NCBI GenBank assembly: GCA_020137815.1
Contig: CM035353.1
Span: 4,154,001 to 4,218,000, forward strand
Reading direction: 5' to 3'
Origin: Hormiphora californensis
Taxonomy: Eukaryota; Animalia; Ctenophora
DNA: 64,000 nucleotides
This document shows, one piece after another, positions 27,101 through 39,427 of this stretch; the stretch's first letter is position 1; the number at the start of each line of letters is the position of its first letter. The notes beneath the pieces were generated by a model, which was given only the letters and a program-made list of their open reading frames with translations, was not told the origin of the DNA and did not search any database. The position numbers and the translations under genes were made by a program.

Positions 27101-30100
27101 CAATCACAACCAGATCACACCCCACACACTCCGCAGCTACCTGCTGTGATATCCTACTGAGATCCAGACAAGGTGATCCCAAACCGTTCTCAATAATCCT
27201 AAGTTTACCCTCGTCCACCGCACCCTGTACAACATCTGACATACTACAGACTTGGGAGACTATCATTCTCAGCTCATGTGATGTGATGTCGTTTAGAGGC
27301 GGGTCTACTGTTAGCTGCTAACACCACTTCACTCCCCATTCGCAGCATCTCAACCACAAAGGGTAGGATCCCAAGGATGATGTCAGCCCCGCTGTTGTCA
27401 ACAAACACCAACATTTTCCTAATGCTCGCCCTTTTAAGTCGCTTGATCCAGTGTTCAAGGTGGTCAACGAACCAGGGGGGTGACTGAACGAGATCACAGG
27501 CAGCACCAAAATCTATCTTCGTCTTTTCATTGATCCGCACCACCGCAGACGAGCCCCAATCGAATATGTTGCCCCCTAAGATCCCCTTTATTAACTCTAC
27601 TTGCCTCTCCTCCCAGGGGAGTGTCCGGAGATACTCCAGCCGCCCTGGAAGCTGCTCTAACGCAGCATTGTTCTCCTCTAGCTTGAACTTTAGATAGGGA
27701 TCATAAAAATCAAATTCAGCCAAGAACTGCTCCCTGCAGTCTAACAGTGTTCTTACGGTGAGATTCCCATACGCAAATGGGTTCTTTCTCAGCAGGGCTA
27801 GACACTCCAAAAACTTCTTTTTGAACAACGCCATCCTTTTGTCGATATGAACTCTGTTAGACTCTCCATCTCGGATCACTTTACAGAACTTATCCAGTCC
27901 GTCCTTGAATATGTCCAACCAATAATTCCTCGCCTCAGTTTCTAACGACAGGTCTATCAAGTCAGCTTGGTACTCCTCAGCGTTTAGCAATGGAAACTGC
28001 ACCAGGGGCAGATCCAACCTATCTAGCTCCAGGAATTGAAGTGCCTGGGTCACAGCATCGTTCACCTCAAAGCTATCAGAAAATGCGTAGTTTTCTCCGT
28101 AGTTCCCGACCGTTTCCGAGTCGCCCACATTTTCATCAGTTGTGCCTGTCATGTAGGCACCCACCGCACCCAGGTACCCCTCATGACGCATGAAGAGCGC
28201 CTGGATTGTACCCTTGCTCCAATAATTAATTGCATAGGATATGGAATGCATCGTAGTTTTCTTACCTCGGATAAAGAACCCTCCGAATATCACGTGCGAG
28301 CAATTGTATAGGTTGGCGTGAAGGTATGCTATCTGGCCAATACCATTACTAATCATATGTAGAAGACTCTTAGCGATACTCGATTTGGGAAGCTGCTCCC
28401 TGGCAGGTCCGGCTATCCGAGACCTGGCTGCCTTTCCGAAGCTGCTGGCCACCAGGTCTCCAGGTAGCCCCATGGCTTCATAAGATCCTCCATAAATGTC
28501 CTTGACTAACAAGTCAACTGCACTCGAGTCCCCTTCCTCTGCTAATGCTAGCAGCTCGTCAAACCCTTGAGCGTTAGTCAGTAGGGATCCTAGTCCCCAG
28601 AATGTCCCGCCGCCCATGGCCGTACCTCCAACCCTCTCAAACTTACTGTCGCTGTGAACCTTTAGTATACTGACACCTGACCCGATGTTAACTAAAAGAT
28701 AGGGAAACTCACAGCCCGCCTTCCGGAATTCAATCTCCGGATTTCGGTTCTTTTTAAACGAGAAAGCTTCGTTTGGGATGTTGTTGAGGAGAAAGTTGGC
28801 ACCTTTAATGAGACACTCCATTTCGTCCTCCTTCACTATCTTCAGCCCCAGTTCCTGCTCAAAAAGGGCGGTAAACTTAAAGGCACCCCCACCCGTCACC
28901 CTGATAGTACGTCCATGACACAAATCCACGTCATCGCCCATACAGTCCTTGATGTAGTGCGTCAAACTCTGTATGTGCTTTGTTTCAAACTTGACGAATT
29001 GCAACCTGCTCCTCCTACATTCCTCATCTCTTACTTCCCCCTCCCCTCCTCCCTTGCTACTCCCCCCACCGTCCTGGGAAATAGTCCGGCGTCGGCCCGG
29101 CACATGGGTCAGGTAGGCTAACTTTGCGAGGGAACCACCAATATCAATGGCCAGGTTTGAGGCCTGACGAAGAGCGTTGAGATGGCGTTCTGGAATGTAA
29201 ATTGGAGGAGCGTACCGGTCGATTCCTCCGTGAGACATGGCTAGTTAAGGGGCGTGTGTTAGAGCGGTTCTGGTCAAGACAAGTTGAGTGCAAAAAGGGT
29301 GGGAGACGTGTTTCCTTCTCAATTGTGAATGTGGTCAACGTGTAATGGAAAGGTAAACAGAGAACTGGAAGAGAAGGAAGACAGAGAATTGGAAGACAGC
29401 GAAAGGGAGGCACCGTACCCAAAAGCACATGGAGGTACACAGCAGTAAAGACCAAACAACAGCTAAATGCAGCAGATGCTGGGAAAGATGCGGCATCGTG
29501 ACCATTGAGTCAGAGAAAGAGAGGGAGAGAGAGAGGGACTGAGAAAGAGGGCGAGGGAGAAAGAGGGGGAGGGAGAAAAGAAGTTAATTAGGAAATCAGT
29601 TAACAAAGCTCTGTTCTTTTGCACCTGCTACACATACAATAGCTTTACAATCAGTGGGTCGGCAATTAACAAAGAGAATATACACGTGTTACAGTCCGAA
29701 GAGTAAGGGCAATGAAAATGGGGACATGTTCTAATAACAGTAGAAAACGGGGCTGTAATAAAAGACTATACTAGCCAGACAGGATGGATGTTTTGGAAAT
29801 TACGTTAGAGATAGGAACATGACTTACAAGATTGAGGAATGTACTGCGATATATGTGTGGGGTAATCAGAGTAAGTAGTGACGTCACGTGAGGGAGATTG
29901 GGATTGTAATAAACACTATTGCTGTACACCACTTTGTCGCAATATAGTGCTCTGTGAGCTCGAGGGTTCGGAAGAGCAAAAGTAAGTAAGGTTACAGAGG
30001 ATAAAACATGGGGGGGGGGGGGGGGGGGTGGCGTCACTAGGGGGTGTGTCGCAACATACCACAGTGAGGTTAGAGGATAGTACGGGACTGAGGCGGTGTA

Positions 30101-33100
30101 TGTCATTCGAGGAGAGGTCCCATAACAGTAGAGAGGGTGTTCCTTTTCCTATTTTTGTAAGACCACAACTCGTCTGAAAGGGAGCCGTTTTAGGTCAGTT
30201 AACAGTTTGGGGCATAAATGGGGTGGCAGAGGTGATCATATTCAACTAGGAGACAGGAAGACAACAAAAGTCATTACTACCCCACGCACCTCCCCCTCCA
30301 ATATTAAAAAGAAGATAAAGAGACTACAGAGAGATTGTCGTTTTACCCCCCCCCCCCACCACCGCATCATCCCACAGAATATATCTCAGGGAGTGTACCT
30401 GGTAGAGAATGGAGAGATTGTCATGTTTTCCTGTCATTGTAACATCACTAGATCCATCTATTGACAGTAACACCGCTTCACCAGGGACCACCTAGATGAA
30501 AACATTATTAGCAGTAAAACATGTGTTACTAGTGCAATTGTTGCCAAGCTAGACTGCCACTCGGGGTTGAACAAAACAAGTGCAATGGTAGTACATCGAG
30601 GAATTGACCCATAACAACTACTACAGAATTCCCATACCTCAATATTAGTAGAGTCCTTGATAAACAATTCCCTGCACTCGCCCCTCACCCTCACTCGATC
30701 AGCTCCCTCCACCACAGCCGTTACACCCCCAATTACTCGGGGCCTTATCTCCTGGTAACCGCCCCCACTAGAACTCCTTCCCGCGGTTGCAGGTCGTGCC
30801 GGCCTATCACTCCAGCGTGCCCCCTGAGCGAGCCACCTGTCTTGTGCAGCTTCTAATTCCCTCCCAAACTCCCCCCAGTCTTCATCGTCGTCTATAACCA
30901 AGGAGAGCTCCCGTGCGAAAACGAGATCATTTTGAAGTTTTCTTCTCCTACGATACTCGCTCCGTGCCCCCTCGACCTTTTTCTCTTTTTCTTCAACTGT
31001 TCTCTCTTGTTGGGAATCTTCAACTTTTCTCTCTTGTGGCTCTCCAAGATTTCTGTCTTCCTGACTAGGCACTTGTAACCCCGTACTAGGTTGTTTTATC
31101 CTGCCTTGGGCGTTTTCTTCAACCAGAGTTCTGCCTACTTCTGGTATTTCATGCTGCTTAGGGGCAGTCTCAAGCATCGAGGGTTTAATAACAGGTATTT
31201 CTCCACATGTATGTTCCCCGAGTTTTTCGGCTGGTTCTTCTTTTCCAGATTCAGAAAGTTTCTCATTTCCGACAGAAACCGAAGGAAGTTTGACGGATTC
31301 GAACGGTTCCACAAGGCCCAAAGGTTCTAAAGGGTTTGCAGGTTTTAACGGTTCTGCTGGTATCGAAGGTTCTGACGGTTCCGGTATTTCTTTTCTATAC
31401 TCCTTGGTAGGTTCCCCGATAGATTTTATAGGTTGATCAGGTTCACTTTTCACCTGTTCAGAAGCCACCTGTTCAGAAAGCCACCCTGTTCAGAAGCCCC
31501 TTGTTCAGAAGCCACCTGTTCAGAAGCCACCTGTTCAGAAGCCACCTGTTCAGAAGCCACCTGTTCAGAAGCCACCTGTTCAGAAGCCACCTGTTCAGAA
31601 GCCACTTGTTCAGAAGCAACTCGTTCAGAAGCCACCTGTTCAGAAGCCACCTGTTCAGAAGCCACTTGTTCAGAAGCCACTTGTTCAGAAGCTACATGTT
31701 CAGAAGCCACCTGTTCAGAAGCTACCTGTTCCGTTTTGACTGGCTCTGTTAACTCTGAACTTTTGAAAAGCCGTTTTGCTTTGTTAGCCATTGAAGATAA
31801 GAATGATTGCTTCGTTGTCTCAACAGGGGATGAAGTTGTTTTCTCCTGGTTGCATTTAGAGGATGAAGTTGCCTCAGTGGAGCCTGAGGGTTTCTCAGTT
31901 AGATACTGGTCTCCATGTTGTCCTAACCAGTGCATTTCCTGTTTCCCTGCCAACTGTCTAGTTCTCTCTTCCTCCTCTCTTCTAGCCCTATCCTCCTTCT
32001 CTTTTTCCCTTTGTCTTTCCATTTCCTCCTCCTCTCTTCGTTTCTTCTCCTTCTTCATCCGCCGCTGTTTCAACTCCTCTGCTCTTTCCTCTGCCCTAAT
32101 CTTCTCTTCCACTTCTTGTCGTTTCCTTTCTATCTCCCTCTCCACGGCCAGTTTTTCCTGACGAATGATCTCCTCAGTACCTCCTCACCTCTTCCTCAAG
32201 TGCCATCTTTCTCCTTCGCTCTATCACTTTTTCAACCTCCTTCTTGTAAACTTTCCTAGCCAACATCCCTCTCACGCGGGACTGGATGACTGTAGCTGCT
32301 CTCTCCCTTTTTTCCTCATTCTTTCTCTCCTGATCTCTTAGTCTCCTCTCATGCTCCACTCTCTCCCTCTCCACTTCTTCTGCCAGTATGTTTAGTTGAT
32401 GCTGGTGAGCCACAAGGTCCTTTTGAAGCTCCTCCTCAGCCAACTCCATCTCCTTCTCGATCTTCCGTAGCTCAGCCTAAAACAGGGGATGTTAGGAATG
32501 TGAAACATGTATTTGGAGTTTCGTCCAAACAGCTACCTCTTGTAGCCTCTCGAGTCGCTTCTTTTCTTCATCTAATAATATATTTCGATCCTCTGCTGCT
32601 TTTACTCGATCGGCAACCCTGTTTTCTTCAATTTCCCGCTCTGCTTCTATGTCTTTATCAACTGTTGCAGGAGGTTTTATCACCTGAAATAACGGTGTCG
32701 TTACACTTGTAACCAAACACCTGAACACATCTAGAAGAAACACCAAACTCCATCTTCTACCCTGCCTAGCTAGACCCCCTAGATGGGATTGAACCAGGAA
32801 CCGACCGAATCAGGAAATACGGGTCCCTGATTGGCTGATAACCAGTCACGTGACCTAAATAACAAGTTCTGATTGGTTGTTTACTTGTTTCGGTCGGTTC
32901 CTGGATTGAACAAAACAACTTCTGTACCTGGTATATCGGTAGATCACACTGCAGCTTTATCTTGTATCGGCTAGTGAGAGTTTTCAAATCTATGACGTCA
33001 TCCAAACTACTGTCTTCATCCTCAGCATTCACCATCCCATCTTGTTGGGTTTCTGTAGTCTGGGGTTCCCAACTGAGGGTCTCTCCTGCACCCACCGCCT

Positions 33101-33796
33101 CTTCCTCTAGAACTTCCAATTCCTCCTCCCACTCGGTCGATAGCACACTCACCTGAGAGAGCGAGAGAAGTCAGAAGAGGGTTAAAATAGAGCCCGGTCA
33201 GAGGGAGATAGGAACCTGGTAAAATAGAAGGGGGTAAGAAAAAAAAGGAGCCCAGTCAGAAGAGAGTGGAGATTGGAGAGGTACCTACTTTGTCATGGTA
33301 ATTTAGGATAGTCTCGCATTCTACTAGATCTTCCTCAATACCATTAGAGACACTCTGAATCAGAGACAGGTAGGTTTGTACTGAATCCGGTACACACTCA
33401 TCGTTATCTGAAATTGTTCATAGCACTAACACAATACATGTATTGTCATCGAAATGTCATTATATTCCGCCTTTTTCATTTCTGTTTAATTCTGATAAAT
33501 AGAGTTTTACTTCTAGTTCTCAGGATGTGCTGATATAGCACTATACCTTGTATTATACTCGTGCCGAGGGAAAAAGCTCGGCACTCAACTACCTCAATAA
33601 ATATAATAGTTCAGCAAACCGGTGAAATTAATTACAGATGACCAGTTATGTTTCAGTACTTACCATTCACAAGATTTACATTGTGGAAAGTGAGGTCCTT
33701 TAGCTTATTCTCTGCATCTTCTATACACTGTATGGGGCTAAGTGCCCTTAACTGCCGTTCAAGTTCTTCCTCGGCCCATTCATCCGATATTACCAT
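23380..33796 (-). CDS. LRRIQ1: LRR- and IQ-domain protein (LRRIQ1-like), multi-exon
   Basis: Acidic N-terminus (MVISDEWAEEELERQL at 33796); IQ motifs (VIQSRVRGMLARK, LQSLIRGF, VQRIWRGYTVRR, VQSLARGWIVRK); LRR exons at about 26020-26120 and 25330-25670; C-terminal EWG..QTAQKLISRSKK. Small indels at about 32178 and 31470-31490. Exon list incomplete. Confidence 0.75.
24540..24980 (-). repeat. Coding 21-bp tandem repeat (TTGPSRD/TTGPSQV)n in the LRRIQ1-like exon
   Basis: ORF 23964..25208; about 20 units. Confidence 0.9.
26384..26665. repeat. 30-bp intronic tandem repeat
   Basis: GTTTGGGAGAGAGGGTGTTGTGGGCTGGGT units, about 9 copies. Confidence 0.9.
26931..29238 (-). CDS. PANK4: Pantothenate kinase 4 (type II PanK plus DUF89/ARMT1-like phosphatase), intronless; +1 frameshift at about 27298
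   Basis: AIDIGGSLAKL, TGGGAFKF, YLLVNIGSGVSILKV, GGTAMGGGTFWGLG, RHEGYLGAVGA, then GNIFDWG, VDNSGADIILG, EGMGRAIHTN. Removing one base restores RPALNDIT. Confidence 0.93.
31452..31730 (-). repeat. Coding 15-bp tandem repeat (VASEQ)n in the LRRIQ1-like exon
   Basis: CTGTTCAGAAGCCAC units, about 18 copies. Confidence 0.9.
32795..32903 (+). mobile_element. 109-bp hAT MITE
   Basis: TIRs; 8-bp TSD GATTGAAC. Confidence 0.93.
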
Positions 33797-34598
33797 CTCA
33801 TCTATAACACACATTTTATTGTTATTTCATTAGAAATTGTAGTGCAAAGCAGTCTGACTTGGAAAACGATAAATGGTCTACAAACACTCTCAGATAAATC
33901 TCTAAGACCCTAATGACTTGGTGGAAAATCTCTGAAGATTCGCTGGAAATCTTATGGTGAACTTCTCTAAAAACTCGCATGACTAATTACCGATTGTAGT
34001 AGAGAGCTTCTCCCGAGTTATTTGAAGGTGTTCTCTGCGATCGCTGGTCATTATCTCAGATGACACCAGCTTTCTAATGACCCGGGAGAAGTTCTCTATA
34101 TATGTTGCAATTGGTACCTATCATTATTCATGCGCTGTCAGTTCTCGCGCGAGAATAGGGTAATTATGCCAATGCTCTGACAGCTGTCGACAGGTCATGT
34201 GGGGTCACATCTGCTCCCCAGCTTCATTTTGACAAACGCTGCCTTTGTCGCACAATCTCGTTCGGCATATTTTGCTTTTTCAAAAGCCCGATAATGATGC
34301 TTCCACTTCTGCTTGGAACTTTCATCTCTCCAACCATAGCACAAGGTATTTTTTAGTTGTAAAACTGTTAGAAGCACGCCGCACTGGACCTTCACCAACT
34401 TGTTTGTTTTGATTCAAGGAACACTTTAGTGAAGGTCCGATTCTTCTAACTTATGCTTAAAGCTTGCACTTACGAATTTCGAACACACCATTTTGATTTT
34501 TCGCCAAGGAATGTTACACACAATTGGTATAGATATTAAATTCAAACTTTCGTTTTCGTGCACCTGTGTCCATGCATGTGATATTAATTTGTTAATAG

Positions 34599-35201
34599 GT
34601 TCTGCAGATTGGTTGGAGGTGAAAAGAAATGAAAGTATCGCGTTTGATGAAGCAAATCAATACTTGCAAGTACGGACAGCCACTGAAAGGAATTCTCCCG
34701 ACAGCAAAAAGGTAAACTGAGGATAACTTATCTTTATATATATCCAAGTCATTAACTTTTTAACAAGTGACTTAATTATTAAAAGCAGTACAGGAAAAAG
34801 TAAAACTCCATCTGTTTTCTCATGTAGTTATATATGACAGGTGATGCTACAGTTCTACGACAACTATAATGAAAAAGTTGGACGGGTTAAAATTATATTC
34901 AAAGATAAAGAAAGATATTCTGTTGAGTGGTGTAGATGGCAATATTATCATGCCTTCAAGAATCAAAATCCACTACCTGCTGATGTTAACAAAACCTGGA
35001 CCTTTGCCAAGAATTCTTCTCATCTAATGTTTGCTGTCAACTCAGTGGGTCTAGTCGGGACCAGGGAATTTTCTAAAGTTAGAGATGCTGATTGTGAGAG
35101 GAAGTGGGGAGGTAACGTGGTGCAGAGTTTTATGTTCACTTCTTTGGACAGCGAGTCCTTGAGCTACAGAGTTGTTACTTCACCTTATCCCTATCCTGAA
35201 G
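34599..35201 (+). CDS. Two exons (about 34599-34711, 34841-35201) of an uncharacterised beta-rich extracellular domain, homologous to 55701-56147; gene ends unclear
   Basis: Shared pattern W..V.R...I.FD....LQ.+T ... KxWT..K ... C...WGG.VV..+.F ... S.SYR; GT-AG junctions. Confidence 0.6.
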
Positions 35202-35689
35202 GTAATTCACATGTATAATGTTCGTACTCATTGAATATATACAATTTGCTACAATTCGGTTTAGCTGGCTGTAAGCTTTTTGCTGTTACTTGAACATTCA
35301 AATGACTTAGATATCCATAAAGCCAACATCGCCTTCTATCGCGAGAAAATGTCTATAGATGAAAATGCCTCAAGATTAAGGAATAGCTTACTATGACCGT
35401 GTGTGAGGCAGTGGATCTGAGTTGGATCTGGAAATCAGCTCCAAAGAAGTTTTCATGAAATTTTGTAAAAAAATAGTTTGTAGAGATGGTATCTCCTTTC
35501 GGCTTGGTCAACAGGGACAAAATGAAATTACGGTGTTTTATTAATCAGATTAGTTTCGATGTAACAACATCTTCATCAGCCTCATCAGTTTCAAACTTTC
35601 CAAGCCGGAAGGAGATACCATCTCTACAAACTATTATCATGCGGCTCATAAACAATTATCCGATCTACCGAACTGGAGAGTATCACTAC

Positions 35690-38430
35690 TTGCTAGAGGT
35701 GCTCGAGGGCTTCATCGAGAAATGTTCCAGGGGAAAGGCGGCGCCTGATTTATTCATACTGGGAGACCTAAACCTCCCTCATCATAATTGGGAGCACATC
35801 GAGGGAGATCGGAACTGTGCATCGACGGATATATTCTGTCAAGCGAATTTCCTGACCCAAGTAGTGGTGAAACCAACGAGGGGGTCGAATGTTCTTGATA
35901 TTATCCTCACGAATAGGCCAAACTATTTTGTGTTTACGGACGTAGAGGAGACAGAGATAATCTCTGATCACAAGACTGTTACAGGAGTGTTGGGTTATAA
36001 CCTGACACGGAGATCTGAGGGTAAAAAGGGACTTATAGATCCTCAGTCTTTTTCGGGTATCAACCTTCATAGGGGAGATATGAATATGATACGAGAGAAA
36101 TTGGGAGATATTGATTGGGATGTTTTGTGGAATGAGTGTGAAAGAGCTGAGAATCACGATCCAATCACCGCATTCACTCACCTCCTGACCCTTACAGTCC
36201 TACAGGTGACCTGCCATTACTCGCCCACGAAAAAAGGGCCTAGGAGGCATCCTGAGAAAGATAGGATACTCATTAAATTAAAATCAAAGCGGAGACGGCT
36301 AAATAGGCAGATCAAGAAGAGGAGGAGCGAGAAAGCAAGCCCGTCAAGGATCGAGAAACTACTTGCTCGTGTACAAAGATGTGTGGAAGAAATTCGACAA
36401 CATCTTCTGCAGCAGATCAACTCTGAAGAGGATGAAGCTGTTTCGAAGATCAAGGAGAACCCTAAGTACTTTTTCTCTTATGCCAAGAATAAGAGAAAAG
36501 TCAAGACAAACGTGGGTCCCCTTCTGAAGGAAGACGGCACGCTGACTGATGACCCTGTCCTGAAAGCTGAACTCCTTCAGGACCAGTATGTCAAGGTTTT
36601 CAGTGACCCAACAACAGTTGATGTGGACGAGGCCCTAGAGGGGATAGCTCAACGACAGGAGAGCATCTCAGAAATCATCTTTAACCCATCAACTATCGAG
36701 GAGGCCCTTGCGGAACTGAATCCTCATTCTGCTGCGCCGGATGGAGATATTCCCGCAAAGATTCTCCACGACTGCAGAGGAGTACTGGCATACCCGTTAT
36801 GGAAACTCTGGAGTCGCTCATTTGAGGCCGGCTTTATACCTCAACAACTCAAGGAGCAGCAGATTGCCCCAATTTTCAAGAAGGGCAACAAATGTCAACC
36901 AGAGAACTACCGCCCAGTTGCACTAACTTCGCATCTGGTCAAGACATTTGAGAGAGTAGTGAGGACACAACTTTCGGACTACGTGGAGAACAGTGGAATC
37001 CTGAATGAGGAGCAGCATGGTTTTCGGGCTGGTCGGAGCTGTCTCACACAGCTACTGTTACACTACGATACGATTCTGGAGAGTCTGAACAGTGGACTAG
37101 AAGTAGACGTAGCCTACATAGATTTTGAGAAGGCTTTTGACAAAGTTGATATTCAAGTCCTTCTTCAAAAGCTTCAAAGGTATGGAGTAACTGGGAAGCT
37201 GTTCATGTGGATACAAGCTTTTCTCACAGGAAGATCGCAGACTGTCGTATTGGAAGGATGCAGATCGAGGATGGAGGCGGTGATCAGCAGTGTCATTCAA
37301 GGATCAGTCTTGGGCCCACTATTGTTCATTATCTACATTACCGATCTGGTATCAGGAACGACCGGAAAACTTGGAACTTTCGCTGATGATACCAAGATTG
37401 GTCAAGATATCAGGGACCTGAACGATAGGGACAGCCTCCAGAGAGACTTGAACTTGATAGAGGAGTGGAGCCGGAAGAACAACATGGCTCTCCACGAAAA
37501 AAAGTTTCAGGTCCTGAATTACAGGTTAAACTCCACGAAGCCACTGAGAGACCTACCTTTCAATGCTGAATGCTATTTCTACTTCAACCCGAACGGAGAT
37601 ATCATCGAAGCAGAATTCGGAGTAAAAGACCTTGGGATATACCTGACAGAGGATGGAAAGTTCGATTTCCACATCGCAACCATCGCAACAGAGGCCAAGA
37701 GGATCGCTGGATGGGCCCTCGGAGTGTTCAGAAACCGGTCGAAACGAACGATGATAACACTTTTCAAGGCATTGGTCAGGCCAAAGCTAGAATACTGTTC
37801 GGCTCTCTGGTCTTCCACGACGATTAGTAACATCGCTAAGCTCGAGGGAGTCCAGAGATTCTTTACGCGGCGGATCGAGGAGTGCATCGGGATGGACTAC
37901 TGGGAGAGGCTCAAGTTCCTGGGGATCCAGTCACTTCAACGGCGACGGGAGCGATTCATGATAATCCATCTCTGGAAAGTATATCATGGACTCGTCCCGA
38001 ACCATACCACCAGGCCCGTGGACGAGTCATTCAAGGTTCATCCACGGCGAGGTCTCCTAGCTGAATACCCGGACCTTTACACTTCGGCCCAAGATTCAAT
38101 TGAGACCATCAGGGAAGGATCATTCTCAGTGAGGTCAGTCAAGCTCTTCAATAGGATGCCGAAAGAAGTTCGAAGATGCGAAACACTAGAGGATCTCAAA
38201 GTTTCTCTCGGCAAGTTCCTGGATGGTATACCTGATCACCCTCCAGTTCGGGGCTACAGGAGTCCCAACGACAACTCATTGGTTACACTGCTCCCCCCTG
38301 GGTAGTGTATGTTGGTCACTGCATCATTCACATCATTGTACGTAGAAGCATCATGCTGAGAACGTGGTATATTTGTCTTTATAATGCATTGTATGCCGAA
38401 TCTAATTTTGTAAACTTGTAAACTTGTACT
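35690..38430 (+). mobile_element. 5'-truncated CR1-group LINE: end of AP endonuclease, full reverse transcriptase and 3' UTR
   Basis: ORF to 38305 with ILGDLNLP, PTRGSNVLDIILTN, ENYRPVALTS, QHGFRAGRSC, YIDFEKAFDKV, QGSVLGPLLF, FADD, RPKLEYCS; (CTTGTAAA)n tail near 38410-38428. Confidence 0.93.
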
Positions 38431-39427
38431 TATCCTTTGTAAAAAAGTTTGGAAAATATTTCAAAGTCAATTTTTCAGTGATGAATCGTGTCCCCCTAAA
38501 TCTCCTAATTAGATTTGAAGGAGCCGTGTGAGCTTACGCGACGAATGTGAGCTTACGCGACGAATGGACAGACTGCGTAGCATGGCAACCCAATTAATGA
38601 CATAATTGAAGGCTGAAGCTTCAATTATGTGATATCTTAGTTTTTTGCAGTTTATTATTGGGTAATGAGGGGGTAATGGAATATTATCGTGGTTATGTAG
38701 TCTGTCTCCATGGTTGTGAACTGACCAATGATTGTAAATGTAAATTATGCACTTAATATCCCACTCAATAGTGAATATATACCCAGAAAAATGGTGCCAA
38801 CGCACTCTCTAAAGTATCACTTTCTCAAGTGGATATCCTGCGTTCCAAGGGATCTGCTCTGTAGAACTGAGAGACACTATCAGAATTTAGGAAATGTCAA
38901 GGCCTAACCCCAACCCAAACCCCAACCCTAACCCTAGCCCTACTTTAGCCCTAACCCTAAAAAACCGTTTGTCAGCACTCACGAAACACCCAGGCCGTTT
39001 TTCGGGGTCTTTTCGGACAGGGAAAAAAATTTTCGGATCGAGCTGTGATTTTCACCGAGTGAAAAAAACGCGTGCGCGGCGTATATTCTGGTTTTGCGCG
39101 TTGTATCAAACACCCAGATTTTAACGCCGCGCCCATTTTGCTATTTCCATTTTCAAATTTCACTTGTCGTTTTTGGAACTCTTTTTTTAATTTTTTTTAA
39201 CAAGTCTGGACTTTGGATTGAAAAAGTAAAAACGCTGCCGCCTGCCTTATCCCGCGCTTCAGGGTCAACAGGGCCAGCGTTTAGCTTTTGCCAAGTCTTT
39301 GCATTTTAATTTTCAATTCTCAATAAACTTTTAACTTTCACGAAGGACCGAGAGCGAGACTTTGTTTGCACTTTGCTGCCGGGTATAACTTCCATTACCA
39401 ATTACCATAGTCCAAAATAAGTAATCA

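Noticed and set aside
35486-35690. N-terminal extension of the 939-aa LINE ORF as a novel fusion
   Set aside because: Most likely chance read-through of flanking DNA into a 5'-truncated element; the N-terminal endonuclease motifs are missing.
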